64,000 bases of DNA from an uncultured Candidatus Saccharibacteria bacterium (GCA_964583675.1 CAZOVH010000001.1:17754-81753), one strand, 5' to 3'. Counted from the first letter of the stretch, positions 9,639 to 20,200 are shown. Numbers and translations are program-made. The notes: generated by a model not told the origin, from the sequence alone.

Positions 9639-10049
9639 TTAGTTATTAATTGAATAGTTGGTTCCTGTAGACTCAAGACAGGACTGAACAGTAATCGGAG
9701 TAGTACTGCTGATTGAGATGCTACCAGTTGTGGGAGTACAGGCTGCTGGAGCGCCAGTTGTAGCAGTCAACGTTATAACTAGCCCATTGGTTGTAGTTGG
9801 GTTAGCAGTCCAGCCCAAGTAGGTCTGCAACTGCGCAGCATTTGTTGGAGCTGTTCCGTTGTTATTCCCTTGAAAAGCAGTTGCTGATGCAAGAACACGT
9901 GCAGCAACATCCTTACGAGTATTGTCTCTTTGGCTACGTTGAGCACCCTGCACTGCAAGGAATACAACAACCATAATCAAAGCAGCAATTGCGAGCACAA
10001 TCACGATTTCGATCAAGGTAAATCCTTTTTTCATTTTTTTATCTGTCAT
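9639..10049 (-). CDS. pilA: Type IV major pilin PilA
   Basis: 136 aa. The N-terminus MTDKKMKKGFTLIEIVIVLAIAALIMVVVFLAV is a classic class III prepilin signal (G|FTLIE). It has its own promoter, RBS and terminator. Small size and position upstream of pilD are typical for the major subunit. Confidence 0.85.
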   Translation of the reverse strand: MTDKKMKKGFTLIEIVIVLAIAALIMVVVFLAVQGAQRSQRDNTRKDVAARVLASATAFQGNNNGTAPTNAAQLQTYLGWTANPTTTNGLVITLTATTGAPAACTPTTGSISISSTTPITVQSCLESTGTNYSINN

Positions 10050-10076
10050 AAGACCTCCTTATAATATTCGCGCTCT

Positions 10077-10104
10077 AGTATAACGCTTATGCTTATGATA
10101 GCAA
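10077..10104 (-). promoter_or_regulatory. Candidate sigma70-type promoter for pilA
   Basis: Minus strand reads TTGCTA, a 16-nt spacer, then TATACT, about 20 nt upstream of RBS AAGGAGG (10054..10060) and ATG (10049). It sits in the 74-nt gap between pilC and pilA. Confidence 0.45.
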
Positions 10105-10122
10105 ATCCATGCTCAACGTCAA

Positions 10123-11367
10123 CTAGTTCGTAGTTGTACTCGAGGCGCCCGAAGGGTTCCCCAGGTCCTGGCCTACAAGGTTGTATACAGGGTATAGAAT
10201 ACCAATAATCATCAGTACAACCATACCGCCCATCACAACTATTAATGCTGGCTCAATAATCGTAGAAATATTTTTCACCGCTTGATCTACTTCGTTCTCA
10301 TAGAAGCTTGCCAAACGATCCAACATTTCGCTCATCGTACCAGAGTCTTCTCCTACCTTAATCATCTGACTCACTAATGGTAGGAAGTACTCTGTTTTTT
10401 GTAATGCCTCCGAAAGTGCTCGCCCAGATTTCACCTCTTCAGCCAATATCTCCACTTCTGCTTTGAGTATTTCATTATTGAGACTATCTGAAACCAACTT
10501 AAGCGATTCTAAAATTGGTATACCACTAGCAACGAGACTCCCCAGCGTACGCGCAAATCGTGCCATATACATCTTAATGAACAATTGATTTGCTGGGGGC
10601 ATGGTAATCTTAGCCCGTGCGATATTCTTTTTCCCTGTAGGTGTCCTGAAATAAGACATAATCCCATAAATGATTGCTGCTACTGCTGGGAGTGTGATGA
10701 ACCACCACTTCGTAATCAAATCAGACATAAACATCAATGCGGATGTTATCCATGGCAAAGGCTTATTGAAGCTCTTATACAGCTCGGCAATTTGTGGTAC
10801 AACGCTCGTCATCATAAAGCCCATAACGAGCAAGATTACAACCATCACAATCGCTGGATAAATTAAGGCGCCTTTTACTTTTGAAGTAATTTCCGCTTCT
10901 TTCTCAAGCTGAAGCGCTAGCCGCTCCATAGTTATTTCTAGGTTACCACTGGCTTCACCAGCCTGGACCATGGAGACATAAATAGTATTAAAATTCTCAG
11001 GAAATTGGGCTAATGACTCCGAAAAGGATGTACCCCCTTCAACGGACTTTGAAAGCTTGAAGATAACCGCCTTCATACGTTTATCTTCAACCTGGCTCAT
11101 GGATGAGTTCAAGGCAGAAGCGACTGGTAGGCCAGCCTTAATCAGCGTAGCCATCTGGCGCGTAAAGACAACTTTGTGCTTAGTTTTAACCTTGCCAGTT
11201 GTTGACGTTGTAGAAAACGCCGACGTCTTCTTTGGCTTCATCTCCAAAGGATAAAGATCCTGCTTTAAAAGCAGCTTACCGGCAGCCATCTCATTATCGG
11301 CCTGAATCGACCCGACTATAATACGTCCGGTAGTTTTATCTTTAGCTTTATATTGAAAATCTAGCAT
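10123..11367 (-). CDS. pilC: Type IV pilus platform protein PilC (GspF family)
   Basis: 414 aa with two GspF-like repeats and three TM segments. Located between pilT and pilA. Confidence 0.85.
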   Translation of the reverse strand: MLDFQYKAKDKTTGRIIVGSIQADNEMAAGKLLLKQDLYPLEMKPKKTSAFSTTSTTGKVKTKHKVVFTRQMATLIKAGLPVASALNSSMSQVEDKRMKAVIFKLSKSVEGGTSFSESLAQFPENFNTIYVSMVQAGEASGNLEITMERLALQLEKEAEITSKVKGALIYPAIVMVVILLVMGFMMTSVVPQIAELYKSFNKPLPWITSALMFMSDLITKWWFITLPAVAAIIYGIMSYFRTPTGKKNIARAKITMPPANQLFIKMYMARFARTLGSLVASGIPILESLKLVSDSLNNEILKAEVEILAEEVKSGRALSEALQKTEYFLPLVSQMIKVGEDSGTMSEMLDRLASFYENEVDQAVKNISTIIEPALIVVMGGMVVLMIIGILYPVYNLVGQDLGNPSGASSTTTN

Positions 11368-11382
11368 CTATTTATAGTTAAC

Positions 11383-12642
11383 CTAATGTCGCATTAAGCG
11401 ATCAAGCTCCTCAAGATTTACGGCGTAATTCTTAGCCTCTTCATAGCTAATCTTGCCTTCGTGGATATAGTGTGCAAGGGTAGCGTCCATCGACTGCATA
11501 CCATATTCGGCACCGGTCTGAATAACCGCGTCTAGCTGGTGGGTCTTGCCTTCACGAATAATGTTACGCACAGCCGGTGTGACCACCAAAATTTCCGCAA
11601 CCGCCATACGACCACCACCAATCATCGGGATAAGACGCTGGGCTACAATCCCCTGCAACACACTCGCAAGCTGAATGCGGATTTGCTGCTGCTGATGTGG
11701 AGGAAACACGTCTACCATACGGTCGATTGACTGCGCAGCTGAGTTGGTGTGCAATGTCGCAAACACCAAGTGACCAGTTTCTGCCACCGTAATAGCCGTA
11801 GAGATTGTTTCCAGGTCGCGCATCTCACCAATTAACACGACATCTGGGTCTTCACGCAAACTCGAGCGAAGTGCCGAGGCAAAGCTCTTGGTATCAAAGT
11901 GAACTTCGCGCTGTACCACAATCGATTTCTTGTGATGGTGCTGATATTCGATTGGATCTTCGATGGTAATAATGTGCATGGCGCGCTCACGGTTTACCTT
12001 ATCGAGCATTCCGGCAAGCGTTGTAGACTTACCCGAACCCGTTGGGCCAGTTACGAGTACGAGGCCGCGCGGAAATTCAGTAAGTTTGTTCATAATTGGC
12101 GGCAGGCCAAGATCTTCTACAGTGCGAATTTTATTAGGAATGAGACGAAATGCCGCTGCTGGATTCCCTTTTTCGTGGAAAGCATTAACGCGAAAACGAC
12201 CAAGATCACCGTAAGCAAAGGAGAAGTCGATTTCCTTATCTTTAAGGTAAACCTCTTTTTGTTCGTCATCCAAAAGGCTAAAGATAATGTCATCAATATC
12301 TTCGGCGGTTAGAACTTTTTCACCCTGAATTGGAGCTAATGCACCATCAACACGCAGCATTGGCGGCAAACCAACTTGTACGTGAATATCTGAAGCATCA
12401 CGACGGATAACTTCTTCCAGATACGGCTCGATTGAAAGCTTACCAGAGTGCGGCGTTTGTTCAACTTGATGTACTTGATCGGTGGCGCTCACCTCCGCCG
12501 CCGGAGCTGGTGCAGCAACAGGAGCCGGCACCTGGGCTGGTGGAATTTGCGCAGCCGGCGGCACGCTCGATACCACCCCACCCACACCATCTACTGGTAT
12601 GCCGCTAGGTTGAGCTGGAGTTGTTGGGTCGGTCGGCTGCAT
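11383..12642 (-). CDS. pilT: Twitching-motility retraction ATPase PilT with a Pro/Ala-rich N-terminal extension
   Basis: 419 aa. Walker A GPTGSGKSTT is present, with Asp and His boxes typical of PilT/PilU. The N-terminal ~65 aa are rich in P/A/V/Q and look like an unusual extension. Confidence 0.85.
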   Translation of the reverse strand: MQPTDPTTPAQPSGIPVDGVGGVVSSVPPAAQIPPAQVPAPVAAPAPAAEVSATDQVHQVEQTPHSGKLSIEPYLEEVIRRDASDIHVQVGLPPMLRVDGALAPIQGEKVLTAEDIDDIIFSLLDDEQKEVYLKDKEIDFSFAYGDLGRFRVNAFHEKGNPAAAFRLIPNKIRTVEDLGLPPIMNKLTEFPRGLVLVTGPTGSGKSTTLAGMLDKVNRERAMHIITIEDPIEYQHHHKKSIVVQREVHFDTKSFASALRSSLREDPDVVLIGEMRDLETISTAITVAETGHLVFATLHTNSAAQSIDRMVDVFPPHQQQQIRIQLASVLQGIVAQRLIPMIGGGRMAVAEILVVTPAVRNIIREGKTHQLDAVIQTGAEYGMQSMDATLAHYIHEGKISYEEAKNYAVNLEELDRLMRH

Positions 12643-12663
12643 GATAATTCCTTTACTTATTCG

Positions 12664-14457
12664 CTAGTGATCGGTCGCTACGCGGGCCACTTCTTCTACT
12701 GTGGTCACGCCTGTAAGCGCCTTTAAATACCCATCTTGCTGCATGGTAAGCATTCCATCTTTGATGGCTTGAGTTTGAATGTCGTTGGTTGTTGCTCGAT
12801 TTAAGAGCAGCTTTTCCATCGCTGGATTCATTTCAAAAACCTCAAAGATACCGATGCGCCCCGAGTAACCTTCTTTGCACTCGTCGCAGCCTACCCCCTT
12901 ATACAAAGTATAAGCGTTTTGACTATACAGTGGCAAACCCTGGTAGCCATATTCTTGTTCCTTAGCCTGAACTTCCGCCTGATTTTTCGGTAAGAAAGGA
13001 CCAATAATTTTGTTGATTAACTCCACTGCTGTTCCTGGAGCGGCATAGGCTTGCTTACATTTTTGACACACGCGGCGAACCAGACGCTGACCAATTACCG
13101 TGTTTACCGTAGAAGCGATCAGAAAAGGTTCAATCTTCATATCAAGCATACGTGGAAGCACACCAGCGGCCGAGTTGGTGTGTAGCGTTGAAAGCACCGT
13201 GTGCCCCGTAAGTGCCGCTTGCACCGCAAGGTCGGCTGTTTCGGCATCACGAATTTCTCCCACAAGCACTACATTTGGGTCTTGACGCAGAATGGAGCGC
13301 AAGCCGTTCGCGAATGTCAGCCCGACGGCAGTATTTACCTGAATCTGGTTAATGCCTTCCATTTTATATTCCACCGGATCCTCGAGCGTCACAATATTAA
13401 TTGCAACAGACTTAATTGCGGCTACAACCGCGTACAGTGTCGTTGACTTACCAGAACCAGTCGGTCCGGTTGAGAGAATCATGCCGTGTGGTTTATGAAT
13501 ACCCGAGGTGATAAGCCTCAAACTGCGACCTCTAAACCCAAGTGTGTCCAAAGTAATGTTTTGAGCGTTCTTATCCAAAATACGGATAACCACCTGCTCG
13601 CCATAACTAATCGGCGCAATCGCAATACGCAAGTCCACTTCACGACCAGCAAACATATATACGGCCTGTCCGTCTTGCGGGATACGATGTTCGTCAATTT
13701 TGAGGTTTGAAAGAATTTTAATACGAGAAATAAGTGCCGCCTCAGTCGACTTTGGTAACGTCATCACTTCTTGCAAAATTCCGTCCACACGAAAACGGAT
13801 CTTCAACTCTTTTTGTCGTGGTTCAATATGAATATCTGATGCGCGCGAATTGATGGCATATTCTAAAATTGTGTTGAGCGCCCTGGTGATTGGCGCATCT
13901 TGCACAATGTCATTAATCTTTTTCTGATCCTGAACTGTTTTCTTTTCGGCTTCGACTTCTTCTTTTTGTGCCGAAGCGATATTTTTAAGCACCTCTGAGA
14001 CTTCTTGCGAAAACTTCTCTTTGTACATGCCGAGCACAAAATCGATGCCGGCCTGAGAAGCGATATACGGACTAATGGTGTAGCCAGTTTTACGCGAGAT
14101 AAAATCGATTGCCTGTAGGTTGGTTGGGTCTAGCAGTGCGACATTTAAGGCGTTGTTGGACACCCCAAATGGTACCGCCATGTACGTTTTTGCAATATCC
14201 AAAGGTACCATTTCTAGTATCTTTTGATCGACCGAATGCTCGAGATGCATGAGATCTACAAACGGTATCTTTTTAGCAATTGCAATCAGCTTAACCGAAT
14301 CATCTTCAGATAACGCCTTCATATCCAAAAGAACCTGCAAAAGCCCCTTATTTTCTTTAGCTGAGCGTAGCTTCGCAATCTCCAATACATCGTGCGGGAC
14401 TATACCTCCCTGCACAATCATATTCTCGATAATTTTTTGATTTTCTAGTGTGAGCAT
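12664..14457 (-). CDS. pilB: Type IV pilus assembly ATPase PilB (GspE family)
   Basis: 597 aa. N-terminal GSPII_E_N-like domain, Walker A GPTGSGKSTTL, and a tetra-Cys zinc motif (CQKCK...CDECKEG). Confidence 0.9.
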   Translation of the reverse strand: MLTLENQKIIENMIVQGGIVPHDVLEIAKLRSAKENKGLLQVLLDMKALSEDDSVKLIAIAKKIPFVDLMHLEHSVDQKILEMVPLDIAKTYMAVPFGVSNNALNVALLDPTNLQAIDFISRKTGYTISPYIASQAGIDFVLGMYKEKFSQEVSEVLKNIASAQKEEVEAEKKTVQDQKKINDIVQDAPITRALNTILEYAINSRASDIHIEPRQKELKIRFRVDGILQEVMTLPKSTEAALISRIKILSNLKIDEHRIPQDGQAVYMFAGREVDLRIAIAPISYGEQVVIRILDKNAQNITLDTLGFRGRSLRLITSGIHKPHGMILSTGPTGSGKSTTLYAVVAAIKSVAINIVTLEDPVEYKMEGINQIQVNTAVGLTFANGLRSILRQDPNVVLVGEIRDAETADLAVQAALTGHTVLSTLHTNSAAGVLPRMLDMKIEPFLIASTVNTVIGQRLVRRVCQKCKQAYAAPGTAVELINKIIGPFLPKNQAEVQAKEQEYGYQGLPLYSQNAYTLYKGVGCDECKEGYSGRIGIFEVFEMNPAMEKLLLNRATTNDIQTQAIKDGMLTMQQDGYLKALTGVTTVEEVARVATDH

Positions 14458-14474
14458 TTAATCAAGCGCTCCAC

Positions 14475-14726
14475 TTACAACGGATCTTCGCGACCACACG
14501 TTTCAGCAGTACACTGTTGAGGAGACGAATAGTCGTTATACCGCTCTAATTCTGTAAGCTTTTCCTGATCTTTTTGATCACTCAAAGGCACAGCAACTTT
14601 AGCGGGAACCTGAACATTAATACCCGTATCCTTAGGGGCTGGGGCAAGCTGTGTGTACAGCAGTACGCCCGTGATGGCAATGACTGCAACCGCAATTACA
14701 AGTCCGATAATATCTCTACGTTTCAT
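14475..14726 (-). CDS. Small single-pass membrane protein of the pilus operon (hypothetical)
   Basis: 83 aa. N-terminal TM helix (IIGLVIAVAVIAITGVLLY) is followed by a short soluble tail with two Cys. The start overlaps the pilO-like stop. Confidence 0.4.
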   Translation of the reverse strand: MKRRDIIGLVIAVAVIAITGVLLYTQLAPAPKDTGINVQVPAKVAVPLSDQKDQEKLTELERYNDYSSPQQCTAETCGREDPL

Positions 14727-15460
14727 TATTCGTACTTCCCTTTATCTGCTTCATACTCATCAATCTTCACCTCTTGAGCATTAATTGAAGGCTTAGGCAA
14801 AGCGTAAATCTTATACTGCATATCAAGAGTATACGTACCCTGGGAGCTGGTAATCTTCATTGTAGAAAAATCAAAGATACGAGCAGATGCCTCAAGCGCA
14901 GCGAGAAAACCAAGGACCGAATCTTGACTGCCAGTGGCCTTAACTGCAACCAAGCTGGACTTCGAACCAGTAGCAGGCGCTGTCGTACCGGCCGTTGTGC
15001 CCGCAGTAGCAGTGGCGCCAGCAGCTGTCGGCTTATTGATTGACTCAATGTCTACCTGATAATCGCTTTGTAGACGGTTGAAGATTGTAAGAATAGCCTC
15101 AAAGTCTTCGTCCTTAGGTAGCGTACGCTGAGTGATAAAATCAAACCTTGATGGACTATTACCCTCTGCCTGTTTCAGTTTCTGGATTTCCGGTTCGGCT
15201 TCCTCGAGCTTGGCTAATTTTACTTCGGAAAGCTTAACCTGGTATTCCTGAGCTCGCACTTCTAGCGCCTTACGAACATTTGCCTGAGCGAGTGTGTAGA
15301 TAAAGTATCCACCCACTAAAATAACTAGGACCGTAACGCCGATTGCGATGATAAGGTAATTTCGAATGCTCTGCATCGCAGCCTGTGTGCCTGGAGTCTC
15401 AGGCGGAGTCACCTTCTTTTTTGACGGTGGTTGTGGAGCGGCTTTTTTTGTCGGCGCCAT
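14726..15460 (-). CDS. PilO-like type IV pilus assembly protein
   Basis: 244 aa. Charged N-terminus, single TM (LIIAIGVTVLVILVGGYFIY), a coiled-coil segment, then a C-terminal globular domain. The stop/start overlaps pilN. Confidence 0.55.
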   Translation of the reverse strand: MAPTKKAAPQPPSKKKVTPPETPGTQAAMQSIRNYLIIAIGVTVLVILVGGYFIYTLAQANVRKALEVRAQEYQVKLSEVKLAKLEEAEPEIQKLKQAEGNSPSRFDFITQRTLPKDEDFEAILTIFNRLQSDYQVDIESINKPTAAGATATAGTTAGTTAPATGSKSSLVAVKATGSQDSVLGFLAALEASARIFDFSTMKITSSQGTYTLDMQYKIYALPKPSINAQEVKIDEYEADKGKYE

Positions 15461-16122
15461 TAGTTTGTCTCTCCACTTGTAGTAGATTCATTAGTAGTCT
15501 CTTTGTCTTCGCTCGACTTAGAATCCTCACGGAACTTCTTCACGAGCTTTTCATCTACCTTAAAAGTAACTTCAAAGTTAGCGTTATCGGTCTGCTTACG
15601 CTTTGTAACCGCCTGAACATCTACATCTGTAAATACCGGAACCCTATCAAAACCAGGAATGGGATTAAACTCAACATTGTAGGTTTTAAGCGCATTAATG
15701 AATAAAGCTACATTATTAAAATCTTTTGCCTCCACAGTAGCTTTCACTTTATAGTCCGGATCAACAGAGAGAGATGCTATACTAATGCCCTCAGGAGCAG
15801 CTTTAGCCAACTGACTAAAAAGCTGAGAAATAAGAATACGGTTATTTGAAAGTTTATCAGCTTCTGTAAGCGCAGCGTTAAACCAAGCAACATCTTGCTC
15901 GACATCCGCCTTACCAGCAATCTTCTGGTTCAACTCCTCAATGTTCCCCTTATTGGTTGCAAACTGAATATTACGGGCACCTAAGAGCAGTAAGAGAACC
16001 ACAAGAATAATACCTACACTACTACAGAGAACCAAACATACGACGGTAACTAAACGCTTAGTCTGCTGATTCTTCAGCTTTACCATGCGTGCTTCAGGAA
16101 GCAGGTTAATTCGAACCGACAT
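15460..16122 (-). CDS. pilN: Type IV pilus assembly protein PilN
   Basis: 220 aa. Begins MSVRINLLPEAR (PilN INLLP motif), then a TM helix and a periplasmic domain. Directly downstream of pilM. Confidence 0.7.
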   Translation of the reverse strand: MSVRINLLPEARMVKLKNQQTKRLVTVVCLVLCSSVGIILVVLLLLLGARNIQFATNKGNIEELNQKIAGKADVEQDVAWFNAALTEADKLSNNRILISQLFSQLAKAAPEGISIASLSVDPDYKVKATVEAKDFNNVALFINALKTYNVEFNPIPGFDRVPVFTDVDVQAVTKRKQTDNANFEVTFKVDEKLVKKFREDSKSSEDKETTNESTTSGETN

Positions 16123-16125
16123 CGC

Positions 16126-17163
16126 CTACACCATGTTCCTTAGCGCTAATCCAACTGCAGTCGAGTAGCCCAAAGCCATACCTGACAAACGATCGGTAAA
16201 CTCGGTTGCATAACTAATTTTCTGCCATGGATTTCCCATCTCAACCGGCAAGCCGAGTGCGTTCGCGAGATACACAGGCATTTCTGGGATGGATGCCGGA
16301 CCACCGGTAATAACAACTTTTTCCACTTTGCGTCCAGGATTGCTTTGGTAAAAGAATTCCATCGAGCGCTTAATTTCTTCTACGACATTATCAAGCAATG
16401 GCTTCATGGAGCGATATACTTGTCCTTCTAGCTTTGTCTGCGTGAGACCAAACTTACGCACAAATTGTTCAGCCTGGGCTTCGTCCAAACCAAGGTTTTG
16501 TGAGGTAACGCGAATCAGTGACTTGGCGCCAACATTCACCGAGCGGATTAAGCCTGGCACTCCGGCAGAGATCAAGCCCATATCAGTCGTAAGAGACGCA
16601 AATTCAACAACCACTACATCGATATCGGCATTTGGCACCATCGATCGAGACTGGGCAATGGCGTTAATGTCCAAAGCCATAAGCTCTAAGCCAGCTTGCT
16701 GGAAAATGTTGAGATATTTATTAGCTACGCTGGTCGGCGTCGCCACCAAGAGCACATCAATCTCTTCGGCTTCTTTATCTTGAGAAATACGGAAGAAATC
16801 TAGCTTTACCTGATCAATCGGCATTGGGATATATTTGTCGGCCTGGAAGCGAATGGTGTGTGCAATTTCGTTATCGGCCATTTGTGGCAATTTCAAAACA
16901 CTCGCAAAAACTTTACTGGCCGGCAAGCCAGCTACAACATTCTTAGTACTTACGCGCGCATCGGAAACGAGCTTTTTTAAGACCTCCGCAACTCGAGCCT
17001 GATCGGCTGGAGCGTCAGAACTCATCAAGCCAAACGGTAACTCAATATCACCGTACGTGACGAGCGTCGGCTTATCATGAATGAGTTTTAGCTCAACGAG
17101 TCGAATCCCAGAATTTCCTAGGTCGACCCCAAAATAATGTTCGTCTTCGATGAATAAGTCCAT
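16126..17163 (-). CDS. pilM: Type IV pilus assembly protein PilM (actin-like ATPase fold)
   Basis: 345 aa. N-terminal FGVDLGNSGIRLVEL is the actin/FtsA-like phosphate-1 motif. Length and position ahead of pilN fit PilM. Confidence 0.8.
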   Translation of the reverse strand: MDLFIEDEHYFGVDLGNSGIRLVELKLIHDKPTLVTYGDIELPFGLMSSDAPADQARVAEVLKKLVSDARVSTKNVVAGLPASKVFASVLKLPQMADNEIAHTIRFQADKYIPMPIDQVKLDFFRISQDKEAEEIDVLLVATPTSVANKYLNIFQQAGLELMALDINAIAQSRSMVPNADIDVVVVEFASLTTDMGLISAGVPGLIRSVNVGAKSLIRVTSQNLGLDEAQAEQFVRKFGLTQTKLEGQVYRSMKPLLDNVVEEIKRSMEFFYQSNPGRKVEKVVITGGPASIPEMPVYLANALGLPVEMGNPWQKISYATEFTDRLSGMALGYSTAVGLALRNMV

Positions 17164-17234
17164 GTGTTCCTATTTTAGCATAACTATTTTCAATTCGTAC
17201 TACCCTACCGCCCGGCTTTTAATTCTCTTATGGC

Positions 17235-20200
17235 TCAGAATTTTGGCCGTGCAGTATTGTTGTAGTACTTAGCGGTATTTGTTGAGGCAGTAATATCTTC
17301 AAACCCAGGTGGCGGCATAAAGCTCGACAAGCCATTACCAACGATATCTTCCGCTGGTCCACCCGTGTAGTAGTTCTGCGGCCAACCAGCCCGATTCTCA
17401 AGCCAGTAGTAGTTGGTTGCACCCCTGTTACCTGGTGAGTCAAAATCCTTACGCTCACCCGACAAATTACACACTCGGCGAATACCTAAAACATCTGAGA
17501 GGTTACAGAACTTACCAAATTCCTGGAAAGCACCCCCCTCATTTACTCGCCATCGTTCGACCATGCCAGCAAAGTCCACGTAGTTTCGTCCGAACGTAAA
17601 GCCTTCCCCGCCAGTAACACTGCCCGTTATTCGTAGCTTATTCGAGCAACCGCTGGCAGTTACATTATCGGCACTCGGTGCTTCATCAATGTTAGGGTCT
17701 TCAGTTTCGGTAGCCAAAGGATTGGAATCCAGACTTAGCGCGCCACCTCGACGGATCCACTTAGATCCTGTCGTGCCGGGCTTATCTGTCTTTGCAGCAT
17801 CTTCGTTTAGGCCACCTTCTGCGATATACAGATCGCAAGTAATCACCTTACCGGCCGCATACAAAGATGCATCAATGCGGTCAACGTTACTGGCAATAAC
17901 AATGTTCTTCGCGGAAATAATACCCAAGTTTGGAAGCTTGTTGAGTCCGGCCATATCTGGCACTCCTGTCTTCTGGAAGGTATATGGCAAACTATTATCG
18001 GTCGGATATCTGGCTTCAATGTTGCCGGTAATATAGACCGTGTCGTCTGAAACTATCGTAGATCTGCCGGCGTTGTAGATGAAGCCACCTAGCTCCATGT
18101 TTGGCTCAGTAATCGCACCACTTCCACTTGTCTGCAACTTAAAGATGGTTGGACAAGGCCTTGGAGCATTGGTGTTCACTAGGTAAAGTCCCCTATCGGC
18201 CTGTGGTCCAGCATTATGAGTACCAAACGGCAAGTTACTATTTGAGTCTGGCCTGTCGCGCAGTAACCACAGGAGACTTGGGGTGTCGATTGGCGAACCT
18301 GGAGCCCAAGAACGGTAATATTTGGCAGGTGGAGACAATTCTTGCGGACCATCATCTACATCTGGTGTGGTGCCGGTATCGCTACATTGACCGTACTCGC
18401 TGTACGCCCGATTGGCAGCTGCAACCATCTGACTATTTTTGAGTTCTTTCTGGCCGTCGCCGTTCGAATCTTCCGCTTGCTCAATATTGAGATTCACGCT
18501 ATCAAAACTACAATTGCGAGATTTTTGCGGTGCGTTAGCCTCGGCTTGGCCATATGGATCGGAGGGCTGTGGAGCGGTTCTCTGCCCCTTCGCAAATCCA
18601 AGCATGTAAAAGTTAGTCGAACAGAAGTTTGAGCCACCCTTCTCGGCAGCTGCAGTAAACTGAGCATGCAAGTTGATTGCTGGCTTTGCATCGGCAGGAG
18701 CAGGCGCACTCTCGAAAGATCCCTTATATGGACTACCATTGGTGCGGTTCTCAGCCTTATATACGCCCCTTGCCGATTCTGGTTGGTTTTCGATTTCTCC
18801 AAGTGCAGTCACATTTCCGTTCTGTACACGCAGCCACGGCTTATAGCTCACCTTAATTTCGAAGTCGCCTTGACAGGCCGAGCCAAATATCTGGGTAAAT
18901 CCACCCTGGCTAGCGGGCTTTGCTTGGCGCATCTGGAAGCCAAGCACAAATTTTGTGCCACCATCTTTTGGCGGTGTCGGTATAATCTTAAAGGTGTAAC
19001 TACTGGCACCCGGGTTAAGAGCAACTGGAGTTACCTCATTTCCACCCTCGATTTGCCGCTGGACATCCGGTATGTACCAAGCTCGAGTATCGTATTGATT
19101 ATTGGTTACCAAAGTACCACCAGTTACGACGAGCTCATGATATGTACCTGGAACGGCACCATTATTATTACCGTCTCGGTAGCCCTGCTGCCAGAAACTC
19201 TCACCAGTATTCTGCATAGTAACTTCAATTTCGTTGGATTGTGGGTAGTCGGCATCCATTACCGATATTGCATCCAACTGATTCTCAAATCCCTGTTGGT
19301 CGCATACCGCGTCATTCCTACATTGGTGCATCAGGCCTGGGCTAGAAACTCGGCGCGGTGAGTACTTCCAACTGCCTCCGGCGTTGCCGAAATCGCGAGC
19401 GCCAGATGAATATCCAGCAACCAAGTCTGAGTCTACAGCTCCCGAGCTACTATCGCTAAAGCGCGCAAACATCTCAAACTGACGATCATCACCATCTTTT
19501 AATAAAATCCCGCCCTGGCCGTTATACTTCGGTATATTTACATCCACCCGATATGCATCAGGCCCACTTGTTTGAGTAGTGATCTCCATAATATCGTTGC
19601 CGGTAGAAGTCTCTGTACGCATTAAGTTACTATTGCCGTTAATTCTAAAGTAAGTCGTAACTGGACGCGATGGGTCCGGCATATAAACCAAATTAGCGGT
19701 ATATGTGTCGCACGTAAGCGCCTCATTAGTGAGCTTGAATTTTGGCGCGTAGTAGAATGTTTGCTCTCTAAAGTTCGTCCCCACTGGAACACCCATTGAG
19801 TACGTATTTACTCCAGCTGCACCAGAATCTTTACGATAACCACATGGGCCGTTACCTTGCGCATTTATGCCGTATTGCCCAGTAGTAGTGTTCCACTGTG
19901 GAAAGTATGCCCATCCGCCGGTTGGTATAAAGGCGCACTCACGTGGAGTGTTGCCACCTATATTCCAGCTCTCGGGAGACCCACCGGCACTCCAGCTATC
20001 TGCTCCCGGAGCACCAGACCACATAATAGTACAGTAATTCTGGCCATTTGGATCCACCGCTGCATTAGGGTTATTCACACCAATAATTGGAGTATAAATC
20101 GTCCACCACAAGAACTGACTAACTGCAGTAAACTCCGCCTTGCGTCGATGATTTAAGAGACAGCCCGATATGTCGGCATTTGGTGCAACACTCGATGAAC

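Noticed and set aside
10061-10066. TATTAT hexamer immediately 5' of the pilA RBS as the -10 element
   Set aside because: It abuts the Shine-Dalgarno sequence, so a transcript starting there would lack the RBS. The upstream TATACT with a TTGCTA -35 is the better candidate.
18666-19361. 231-aa ORF on the plus strand (and many other 60-170-aa ORFs in the track, such as 240..551, 3838..4158, 8855..9274, 33121..33543, 45715..46227, 49701..50219)
   Set aside because: Each is fully embedded antisense or out of frame within a long, well-supported gene. They have no start context and a biased, repetitive composition typical of shadow ORFs.
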